Position numbers and translations under genes: made by a program
Part shown: one piece after another, positions 8,092-15,657 of the stretch
Position numbering within the stretch: position 1 is the first letter of the stretch
Layout of the letters: each line of letters begins with the position of its first letter
Assembly: GCA_965612865.1 (NCBI GenBank)
Contig: CBFDTJ010000020.1
Location: 1-21,377, forward strand
Length of the DNA stretch: 21,377 nucleotides
Source: an uncultured bacterium
Lineage (GTDB): Bacteria > Caldisericota > Caldisericia > B22-G15
Reading direction: 5' to 3'
Notes under the pieces: generated by a model
What the model was told of the DNA's origin: nothing
What the model saw: only the letters and a program-made list of their open reading frames with translations
Database searches by the model: none

Positions 8092-9564
8092 TTACTTGTA
8101 CTTCTTAATTAGTCCTACTCTCTCATTGAACTCTCTAATGAGTTCGTCCCACTCTTTGTAAGAGTTAAATTTTTCTTTCCAGTAGTTATCATTATACCAT
8201 TGCTCGTTAAGTTCCTCTACACTCTTCCCTCTCTGTTCAACCCAGGTAAAATATTTTAGATTATGCATTCTTCTTCTGTCCCAGTATGATAATTCGAGCA
8301 TCCAATCAACAGATGCATTCATCAACACATCTTCAAAATCCTTTGCCGCATCAATCTCTTTATACTCTCCTCTCTCCTCTCTCAACTCCTCTATTCTTGA
8401 TTTGTAAAGTTCCATAGAATCGGTTGCTACTGTAAAGATCACATCATTCTCTGTCATTTCATAGTATTTTGCCATCTTTATAGAACCAATTAAATTGGCA
8501 GTGGATGAAATTCCGAGTAGATCAAGATTGTTCACCAATTCTTCTGGAACTCCCATCTTTATTAGATATTTTCTTCCCTCTGGTTCATTGAAGAGCCTGA
8601 TCAATCTTATACTATCTTCGTCATCAATATCAACAACCATATCAATGTTCTTCACATCAAAAACCCATGGAACATGTTTATCTCCAATTCCTTCAATCCT
8701 GTGTGCTCCATATCCATTAAGAAGAAGTGTAGGACACTGGAGAGCTTCTCCTGCACCAATCTTTACCCTCGGAAACTTCTCTCTCAAATAGTTTCCGCAA
8801 CCAAGGGTCCCTGCAGAGCCCTGAGTAAGAAATAGAGCACTGAATTTATCATTTTCTTTTCTGATACTAAAATAAACTTCTTCCATGGCTGGTCCTGTTA
8901 CCGCATAGTGCCATATTGGATTACCGAATTCATCAAACTGATTTAACACCACAATCTCGTCAGGATACTTTCTCTTTAACTCCTCACTCTTATCAAAGAC
9001 TTCCTTTACATTGCTCTCACTTCCTGGTGTTGGATATATCTCTGCACCAATACTTTTTAGCCAATCAAACCTCTCCTTGCTCATACCTTCAGGAAGAACG
9101 GCAATTGCCTGGCATCCAAGAAGATAAGAGTCGTATGCACCACCTCTGCAGTAATTACCTGTTGAGGGCCATAGAGCTTTCTGCTTTGTGGGATCAAATT
9201 CACCTCTTATAAGTTTTTCCACAAGTGGTCCGAAGGTCGCACCTACCTTATGCGAACCAGTTGGAAACCACTTACCAATAAGCATAACTATTCTTGCTTT
9301 AACCCCGGTAAGTTCTTCTGGAAATTCAATGAAGTTTACACCATTGAAACCTCCCCCAAACTTTTTAGGTTCATTCTTCCAGGTAATTCTAAAAAGATTT
9401 CTTGGATGAAGATCCCATAAACCAATGTTTTTAAGTTCTTCCTTTATGCCCTCTGGAATCTTTTCTGGATTCCGCATTTCCTCATATGTGGGAATTATTA
9501 TGTTTTTCTCTCTTGCTCTCTCTATGGTTCTTTTTAAAACTTCTTCGTTTACTTTTAATTTCAT
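8092..9564 (-). CDS. Fold-type II PLP-dependent enzyme (cysteine synthase / Thr dehydratase superfamily), 490 aa, function unknown
   Basis: PLP lysine in FPTGSHKVGA, PSTGNY, phosphate loop QGSAGT, cysteine-synthase-like GAHRIEGIGDKHVP; long N- and C-terminal extensions. Confidence 0.85.
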   Translation of the reverse strand: MKLKVNEEVLKRTIERAREKNIIIPTYEEMRNPEKIPEGIKEELKNIGLWDLHPRNLFRITWKNEPKKFGGGFNGVNFIEFPEELTGVKARIVMLIGKWFPTGSHKVGATFGPLVEKLIRGEFDPTKQKALWPSTGNYCRGGAYDSYLLGCQAIAVLPEGMSKERFDWLKSIGAEIYPTPGSESNVKEVFDKSEELKRKYPDEIVVLNQFDEFGNPIWHYAVTGPAMEEVYFSIRKENDKFSALFLTQGSAGTLGCGNYLREKFPRVKIGAGEALQCPTLLLNGYGAHRIEGIGDKHVPWVFDVKNIDMVVDIDDEDSIRLIRLFNEPEGRKYLIKMGVPEELVNNLDLLGISSTANLIGSIKMAKYYEMTENDVIFTVATDSMELYKSRIEELREERGEYKEIDAAKDFEDVLMNASVDWMLELSYWDRRRMHNLKYFTWVEQRGKSVEELNEQWYNDNYWKEKFNSYKEWDELIREFNERVGLIKKYK

Positions 9565-9566
9565 AC

Positions 9567-10613
9567 CTACCTCATAATAAGAGCCATTATTGCCTTCTGT
9601 GCATGGAGTCTATTTTCAGCCTCGTCAAACACAACAGATTGAGGACCATCCATGACCTCATCTGTTACCTCAAACCCTCTATCTGCTGGAAGGCAGTGCA
9701 TATAGATTGCATCAGGTTTGGCAATGGCCATCTTCTCTTTATCACAAATCCAATCCTTGTTCTTCTCAAAAAGTTCCTTTATCTTGGTAAAATCTGGCTT
9801 AGGAGATTCTGGTGGAATAAAATGCTTGCTCGTCCATGATTTGGGATAAACAATATCCGCATCTTTGAAAGCTTCTTTCATATCATTCACAATCTCAAAG
9901 CTTCCACCATACTTTCTAACATTCTCTTTAACAGCATCTATTATATTATCATCAAGCTCAAATCCCTCTGGATGAGCAAGAGTTATGTTTAAACCGAACT
10001 TTGAAGCAACGGTTATAGCGCTCTGTGGAACTGCAAGGGGTTTCTCAGGAGAGGGTGAGTATGCCCAGCTCATGACAAATTTCTTTCCTCTCAAATCTGG
10101 ACCTTTTTTCTCAATCATTGTCATAATATCTGCCATACCTTGACATGGATGATAGACATCATCTTCCATATTTATAACTGGAATATCTGCCCATCTGGCA
10201 AATTCCCTTATCATCTTGTCCGCTTCTCCATAAACCCAGTCAACTGGCTCTCCATAGCAACGGATTGCAATTGCCTCTCCCATCCTTGAGAGAACCCTTG
10301 CAACATCAGAAACTCTCTCAGTTGTGTAGGCGATCTCTCTCCCTGGAAGTGCAGGGGTATAAATCTTTTTTGGGTCAAGGAAGTGAGCATGCCCTCCCAA
10401 TTGAAACATTCCAGCTTCAAAAGAGTTTCTCGTTCTTAATGACTGGTTATAAAAAATCATGAAAAGGGTCTTACCATCAAGAAGCCTGTGTGGTTCCCCC
10501 ACAGCTCTCTTTCTTTTGAGATCAAAAGCCACCTCAAGAATTGTTTCAAGCTCCTCTTTAGTATAATCGAGATCAGTAATCCAATCCCTTCCTCTAAAGC
10601 TCTCAGTCTTCAT
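9567..10613 (-). CDS. Carbamoyltransferase A, knotted type (YgeW/AOTCase-like)
   Basis: FYNQSLRTRNSFE, HPCQGMAD, Pro-rich loop MSWAYSPSPEKPLAVPQS resembling the YgeW loop, VYPKSW, MHCLPADR, EAENRLH; SD AAGGAGG. Confidence 0.9.
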   Translation of the reverse strand: MKTESFRGRDWITDLDYTKEELETILEVAFDLKRKRAVGEPHRLLDGKTLFMIFYNQSLRTRNSFEAGMFQLGGHAHFLDPKKIYTPALPGREIAYTTERVSDVARVLSRMGEAIAIRCYGEPVDWVYGEADKMIREFARWADIPVINMEDDVYHPCQGMADIMTMIEKKGPDLRGKKFVMSWAYSPSPEKPLAVPQSAITVASKFGLNITLAHPEGFELDDNIIDAVKENVRKYGGSFEIVNDMKEAFKDADIVYPKSWTSKHFIPPESPKPDFTKIKELFEKNKDWICDKEKMAIAKPDAIYMHCLPADRGFEVTDEVMDGPQSVVFDEAENRLHAQKAIMALIMR

Positions 10614-10648
10614 TTTATTCCTCCTTTTCGTTGTTGTGTTATATGATT

Positions 10649-10676
10649 ATTTTAAAACTCTCTAAGATTATGTCAA
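10649..10676 (-). promoter_or_regulatory. Promoter of the carbamoyltransferase-PLP-carbamate kinase operon
   Basis: TTGACA (10676-10671), 16 nt, TAAAAT (10654-10649). Confidence 0.7.
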
Positions 10677-10685
10677 TAAACTATC

Positions 10686-10862
10686 TTAAATACCAAAGGG
10701 GCCTCCACCTCTCTCTACAAGGGGAAGGAACATAAAAACTGTACCAAGAACTATAAACAATAAACCAAAGTTCGACTTATTAACAAGGAATATTCCCATT
10801 ATAAAGAAAACCACTCCAAATATTAAAAATTCTATGTTTCTTCTCTTTTTACTTTCCCTCAT
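10686..10862 (-). CDS. Small two-TM membrane protein, 58 aa (not in ORF track)
   Basis: MRESKKRRNIEFLIFGVVFFIMGIFLVNKSNFGLLFIVLGTVFMFLPLVERGGGPFGI*; SD AAGGAG 6 nt before ATG; TATAAT at 10900-10895. Confidence 0.75.
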   Translation of the reverse strand: MRESKKRRNIEFLIFGVVFFIMGIFLVNKSNFGLLFIVLGTVFMFLPLVERGGGPFGI

Positions 10863-10981
10863 TTTAATCTCCTTCCTGTTTAGATTACAACATAATTATA
10901 CAAGAACCCCTCTCTTCTGAGAATATCTTTTTGAAACAAATTTGTTTCTTATTTGTATTATTTAATAAAAGGAGGAATTTT

Positions 10982-11965
10982 ATGAGAAAAATTTATTTAA
11001 TTGTGTTCGTTTTGTTAATACCAATATTGTCTTTAAATTTTACCTATCTTGAGAAACTACCCTTTATAAAAATAAGTGGTGAAATAGTATCAGAGAATGA
11101 ATCAGAGTTTTCTCTGGAATTTGATAGAATGGGGTTTTTAATCCTGGACGGAAAGACTATAGATATATCAGGTGGAAACACTATTATGAGGGTTAAAAAA
11201 GAGGGAGATAGATTTAAAACAAACCTATATTGTGGGGATAGATTTGGGGTTGGAGCTAATGTATATGTGGAAATAAGAGAGATTAAGAGACCAGAAAAGT
11301 ACATGGTGCCGGGAAAGGATCTTTCTACATCTTTTGAATTTGATACAGATTCAATGGAGGTTAGTGTTAACATAAATCTCTATAATGAGCCCGTTGTGCC
11401 AATGGTCCTGGTTATAGATAATGGGATTGAAGAGAAAAGGATACCTGTAGAAAAGAGCATGAAAATAACAGAGAAACTTAAAGAAGGGGATAATAAAATT
11501 TATATAAGCACTTTTCTTAAACCACTGAATATTGAAATCTCCAGAACAGAGATCATAATAAACTTCAAAAAAATGGATGTTCTCAAATTAACTATAGGAA
11601 AAAAAGAAATGTGGAATGGCGGTAAGGTAAGTTTTATGGATACTTCGCCATTTATTATATCTGGAAGAACCTTTGTTCCCATTAGATTCGTTTCTGAAAG
11701 CCTTGGAGGAACTGTTCTATGGGACGGTGAAGAAAGGAAAGTCACTATAATCTTGAATGGTAAAACAATAGAAATGTGGATAGGAAAGAATTACGCTTAT
11801 GTAAACGGCAATTCAGTGCTTATAGATCCAGGAAATCCGGATATTACACCTTTTATCAAGGATGACAGGACTTTTGTTCCTCTTCGATTTGTATCGGAGT
11901 CACTGGGTATGAAGGTTATCTGGATAGGGAGCTTTCAAGAGATATTTATATTCAATCCCAATTAG
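10982..11965 (+). CDS. Secreted protein with C-terminal copper amine oxidase N-terminal-like (stalk) domain
   Basis: Start re-assigned to ATG 10982 (SD AGGAGG at 10970-10975); signal peptide MRKIYLIVFVLLIPILS; duplicated motif PFIISGRTFVPIRFVSESLG / PFIKDDRTFVPLRFVSESLG. Confidence 0.85.
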   Translation: MRKIYLIVFVLLIPILSLNFTYLEKLPFIKISGEIVSENESEFSLEFDRMGFLILDGKTIDISGGNTIMRVKKEGDRFKTNLYCGDRFGVGANVYVEIREIKRPEKYMVPGKDLSTSFEFDTDSMEVSVNINLYNEPVVPMVLVIDNGIEEKRIPVEKSMKITEKLKEGDNKIYISTFLKPLNIEISRTEIIINFKKMDVLKLTIGKKEMWNGGKVSFMDTSPFIISGRTFVPIRFVSESLGGTVLWDGEERKVTIILNGKTIEMWIGKNYAYVNGNSVLIDPGNPDITPFIKDDRTFVPLRFVSESLGMKVIWIGSFQEIFIFNPN

Positions 11966-14339
11966 AGAAGTCTATTAGCTCTCTCTTATCCACTCCATTT
12001 TCGTATGCATATTGAAGAGCATCTATCTGCATATTTTTGAGTGTATCTTTAAAATATGCACCCTTCTCCTTTAATTTTTCAACTCTTTCTATGACATCCA
12101 TAGCTATACTGAATCTATCAATCTGATTCATTATGGCAAGTTGCATGGGAGTTGTTATTCCACCTCTTCCCTTAAGGAATGTTGTAAGATAACTTGAGTC
12201 AATTCCGATCTTTCTGTTCTCTCTGTATCCCCTCACATGAAGATTCTCATGGTTTGTCCTTCTGTATGTTAGTCTGTGAATAAGCCATGGATAACCATGA
12301 AAATTAAATATAATTGGTTCATTCCTTGTAAAGTAGGAATCAAATTCTCTATCGCTTAATCCATCTGGATGCTCTGAATTTGGGGTTAGTGTGAATAGAT
12401 TAAGAACATTCACAAATCTAATTTTTAAATCTTCAAATTCTCTCTTCAAGATACCCACTGCCGCTATAGCTTCCTTTGTTGGAATGTCTCCACAACCTGC
12501 AATTACTACATCTGGCTCTTCCTCTGGATAGGTGCTTGCAAATTCCCATATTCCTATACCCTTGGTTGCGTGTTTAAAGGCTTCGTCAATGGATAGATAT
12601 TGAGGATGATACTGCTTATCTATAACAATTATGTTTATCCTGTCTGTTGTTTGGAGAGAGTGCCATATAGTCCAGAGAAGTGAATTGGCATCTGGAGGAA
12701 AGTAAACTCTAACAACATTGGGCCATTTATCCACGATTGAGGTTATAAATCCAGGGTCCTGGTGAGTAAAACCATTGTGGTCCTGCCTCCAAACAACGGA
12801 GGTTAGAAGCAGGTTTAAAGATGAGATTGGGATTCTCCAGTGAACATCAGTTGATATGTCAACCCATTTTCCAAACTGACTGACCATTGATGAAATTATA
12901 GGCGAGAACCCCTCATAAGTATTTAATATCCCATGTCTTCCTGTGAGAAGATACCCTTCGAGCCATCCTTCAATGGTATGCTCAGAGAGATACTCCATAA
13001 CACGACCGAAAGGGGAGAGAAATCCTTCATCTTTATCTTCTGGTAAGGTCTTTGCCATCCATGCCTTTCCTTTCACAAAAGTATCATCAAGCCTATTGGA
13101 TTTTGTTTCGTCTGGTCCAAAAACTCTAAAGTTATTTGGATTTAAATTTATAACCTCCCTCAAGAATCTTCCCAGAAGTCTTGTGTTTTCAACCTGTGTT
13201 TTTACCCTTTCTCTAACATCAACTGAGAAATCCTTTGGATGTGGAAGCTTTAAATCCCTTCTTACAAGACCAGAATTTGTATGAGGATTTTTACTCATCC
13301 TCTTCTCTCCCTTTGGAGCAAGAGCTTTGAGATCCTCTCTAAGCTTACCTTTTTTATCAAAAAGTTTCTCTGGTTCATAACTTCTAAGCCATTCTTCAAG
13401 AATCTTCAAACTCTCTGAATTTTCCTTTGCGTCTTTAAGAGGAACCTGGTGCGCCCTCCAGTATCCCTCAACAAAATGGTTATTTATCTTTCTTGGTGCA
13501 GTCCATCCCTTGGGTGTCCTTAGAATTATCATGGGCCAGTGTGGTCTTTTCACCTTTCCACTCTTCCTTGATTTTTCCCATATAGAAAGGATTTTCTCCA
13601 TGGAATAATCCATAGCCTTTGTCATCTCTTCATGAACTTCCATCGGTTCCTCTCCTTCAACAACTCTCACATCATAACCATAACCTGTAAAAAGAGAAAT
13701 AAGCTCCTCGTTACTAATTCTTGAAAGAACTGTTGGATTGTTTATCTTGTATCCATTTAGATGTAGAACTGGTAAGACTGCACCATCTCTAACAGGATTT
13801 AAAAACTTATTTGAGTGCCATGATGTAGCAAGAGGACCTGTTTCAGCCTCTCCATCTCCAACAACAGTTATGGCAATTAAATCTTTGTTGTCAAAAACTG
13901 CACCAAAGGCGTGAGATAAGGCATACCCAAGCTCTCCCCCCTCTTGAATTGATCCGGGAATTTCAGGTGTGCAGTGACTACCAAAACCACCGGGAAATGA
14001 GAAGGACTTAAAGAGATTCCTCATCCCTTCTTCATCCTTGGTAAATTGTGAATAGCACTCGCTTAAAGTTCCTTCAAGATATATTGGAGCAATTACACCA
14101 GGAGCTCCATGTCCTGGACCTGCTATAAATATTGCGTTAATATCGTATTTATTTATAATCCTGTTAGAGTGAACATAGATAAAGGAAAGACCGGGGCTTG
14201 AACCCCAATGACCAAGCAATCTATTCTTTATGTGTTCTTTCTTAAGAGGTTCTTTAAGCAGAGGATTGTCCTTAAGGTATATCATCCCTGCTGCAAGATA
14301 ACAGCACGCCTTCCAATAATCATTTATTTTCTCAATCAT
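11952..14339 (-). CDS. xfp: Xylulose-5-P/fructose-6-P phosphoketolase
   Basis: RLLGHWG, GPGHGAP, EGGELGY, TPP motif GDGEAETG...LNGYKI, FGPDET, LSEH..EGWLEGYLLTGRHG, WRQDHNGFTHQDPG; its stop overlaps the convergent gene by 14 nt. Confidence 0.96.
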   Translation of the reverse strand: MIEKINDYWKACCYLAAGMIYLKDNPLLKEPLKKEHIKNRLLGHWGSSPGLSFIYVHSNRIINKYDINAIFIAGPGHGAPGVIAPIYLEGTLSECYSQFTKDEEGMRNLFKSFSFPGGFGSHCTPEIPGSIQEGGELGYALSHAFGAVFDNKDLIAITVVGDGEAETGPLATSWHSNKFLNPVRDGAVLPVLHLNGYKINNPTVLSRISNEELISLFTGYGYDVRVVEGEEPMEVHEEMTKAMDYSMEKILSIWEKSRKSGKVKRPHWPMIILRTPKGWTAPRKINNHFVEGYWRAHQVPLKDAKENSESLKILEEWLRSYEPEKLFDKKGKLREDLKALAPKGEKRMSKNPHTNSGLVRRDLKLPHPKDFSVDVRERVKTQVENTRLLGRFLREVINLNPNNFRVFGPDETKSNRLDDTFVKGKAWMAKTLPEDKDEGFLSPFGRVMEYLSEHTIEGWLEGYLLTGRHGILNTYEGFSPIISSMVSQFGKWVDISTDVHWRIPISSLNLLLTSVVWRQDHNGFTHQDPGFITSIVDKWPNVVRVYFPPDANSLLWTIWHSLQTTDRINIIVIDKQYHPQYLSIDEAFKHATKGIGIWEFASTYPEEEPDVVIAGCGDIPTKEAIAAVGILKREFEDLKIRFVNVLNLFTLTPNSEHPDGLSDREFDSYFTRNEPIIFNFHGYPWLIHRLTYRRTNHENLHVRGYRENRKIGIDSSYLTTFLKGRGGITTPMQLAIMNQIDRFSIAMDVIERVEKLKEKGAYFKDTLKNMQIDALQYAYENGVDKRELIDFSNWD

Positions 14340-14374
14340 TTTCTCCTCCTCATAAAAGCTTTATTTTCCTTTTT

Positions 14375-14383
14375 ATTTTAACA
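14375..14383 (-). promoter_or_regulatory. Probable extended -10 promoter of xfp
   Basis: TG-T-TAAAAT on the minus strand, upstream of SD GAGGAGGAG. Confidence 0.45.
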
Positions 14384-14412
14384 TAAATTACTAACACGCA
14401 TAAGACAATCTC

Positions 14413-14440
14413 TTGACAAAATTCATTTCTTATTTATAAT
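14413..14440 (+). promoter_or_regulatory. Promoter of the feo operon
   Basis: TTGACA (14413-14418), 16 nt, TATAAT (14435-14440). Confidence 0.88.
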
Positions 14441-14477
14441 TAGGTTAGACTAACTTTATTAGATTAATCTAACTGGA
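14440..14477. promoter_or_regulatory. Tandem DtxR/MntR-family operator boxes
   Basis: TTAGGTTAGACTAACTTTA (14440-14458; 16/19 to the DtxR consensus TTAGGTTAGCCTAACCTAA), directly followed by TTAGATTAATCTAACTGGA (14459-14477; contains a perfect 14-bp palindrome); a DtxR-family gene is in the operon. Confidence 0.85.
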
Positions 14478-14484
14478 GGATAGG

Positions 14485-14721
14485 ATGTATGAGATAGTGC
14501 TTGCAGTGGTGAAGAGAAGTAAAGTTATCAGCGTGAAAGAAATTGTAAAAAAGACAGGCTTTAAGAGAGGTGAGGTTATAAAGGCTCTAAAATTTTTAAG
14601 CTTGAAAGGGAAACTAATATATATGAATCCCAGAATAAAGTTTAATTCCTCATGTGAAAATTGTATTTTAAGAAAACTTTGTAACACAAAGGGAGGTAAA
14701 AATGGAATATTCATTAACTGA
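14485..14721 (+). CDS. Small winged-helix protein with C-terminal Cys cluster (FeoC-like)
   Basis: 78 aa; HTH-like SVKEIVKKTGFKRGEVIKALKFLSLKGKL followed by CENCILRKLC; SD GGAGGA; first gene of the feo operon. Confidence 0.65.
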   Translation: MYEIVLAVVKRSKVISVKEIVKKTGFKRGEVIKALKFLSLKGKLIYMNPRIKFNSSCENCILRKLCNTKGGKNGIFIN

Positions 14722-15415
14722 AAGCCTTGAGGACTATCTACTTGAGATTTTTATATTGAGTAAGGAAAAGGGGATTGTAAGAATAAAAGATATTGCCAAA
14801 AGAAGACATGTAAAGCTCCCATCTGTGGTAAGTGCATTGAAAGAATTATCAAAAAGAGCTCTTATAAACCATGAAAAATATGGTTATGTGGCTCTAACCG
14901 AGGCGGGAATTAAAGAGGCAAAAAGAGTTTACGAAAGGCATAAAACAATATACAAATTTTTACATGAAATCCTTGGAATAGAGCGAGAGATAGCAGAAAG
15001 GGATGCACATAAAATGGAACATGACCTCAACAAACAAACTATAGACCTTCTTACAAAGTTTATTGAGTTTGTGGAAAAAAGTCCTGTAAGTGATAAACCA
15101 AGATGGCTTGAACACTTTAGATATTTTGTAAAGACTGGAAAATTCCCTGAAACAGAATGTAAAAAAGGAGGTAAGAAAACAATGGAAAGAAATCTAAGTG
15201 AGTTAAAGGTTGGAGAAGAGGGAAGGATTTTAAGAATTAAGAGTGGAATTGGTGCTTTAAAGACAAAGCTTCTTGATATGGGTGCAGTACCCGGGACAGT
15301 TGTTAAAGTGGAGAAGGTTGCACCATTGGGTGATCCAATAGATATTTTAATACTTGGCTATCACCTCTCTCTAAGGAGAGAGGAGGCAGAAAAAATAGTG
15401 GTTGAGAAGATATGA
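14702..15415 (+). CDS. DtxR/MntR-family metal-dependent repressor fused to a FeoA domain
   Basis: SLEDYL, RIKDIAKRRHVKLPSV HTH, YERH..FLHEILGI...DAHKMEH; C-terminal FeoA LSELKVGE...LLDMGAVPGT...APLGDP..LSLRREEA. Confidence 0.92.
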   Translation: MEYSLTESLEDYLLEIFILSKEKGIVRIKDIAKRRHVKLPSVVSALKELSKRALINHEKYGYVALTEAGIKEAKRVYERHKTIYKFLHEILGIEREIAERDAHKMEHDLNKQTIDLLTKFIEFVEKSPVSDKPRWLEHFRYFVKTGKFPETECKKGGKKTMERNLSELKVGEEGRILRIKSGIGALKTKLLDMGAVPGTVVKVEKVAPLGDPIDILILGYHLSLRREEAEKIVVEKI

Positions 15416-15657
15416 TGGCGTTAGCATTTGGTAGACCTGGTGAAGAATTTGAGGTAGCTGAGTTAAGAGGTGGAAGAGGCTTTATTAGAAGACTTTCTGA
15501 AATGGGAATATATCCAGGGGTAAAATTATCCATTGTATCAAATCAGGGATTTGGTCCAATAATACTTGCAATAAATTCTACAAGGATTGGCATAGGAAGA
15601 GGTATGGCAATGAAAATCATAGTTAAACCTTTAAAAACAAAGGAGGAGATACCATGA
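15412..15657 (+). CDS. feoA: Ferrous iron transport protein A
   Basis: RRLSEMGIYPG...GPIIL...RIGIGRGMAMKIIV; ATGA overlaps with both neighbours. Confidence 0.9.
   Translation: MMALAFGRPGEEFEVAELRGGRGFIRRLSEMGIYPGVKLSIVSNQGFGPIILAINSTRIGIGRGMAMKIIVKPLKTKEEIP

Noticed and set aside
5879..10613. Calling the cluster an arginine deiminase (arcABC) or argF locus
   Set aside because: There is no deiminase or antiporter, and both transferases lack the OTCase DxxxSMG motif, so argF/arcB/ygeW symbols were withheld.
10931..10981. TTG start at 10931 given by the ORF track
   Set aside because: A strong SD (AGGAGG) and a signal peptide start at ATG 10982.
11952..14339. Phosphoketolase as part of a nucleoside-fermentation unit with the carbamoyl cluster
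   Set aside because: It is metabolically plausible (ribose to acetyl-phosphate), but xfp has its own promoter and is separated by an oppositely oriented gene; nothing in the sequence links them.
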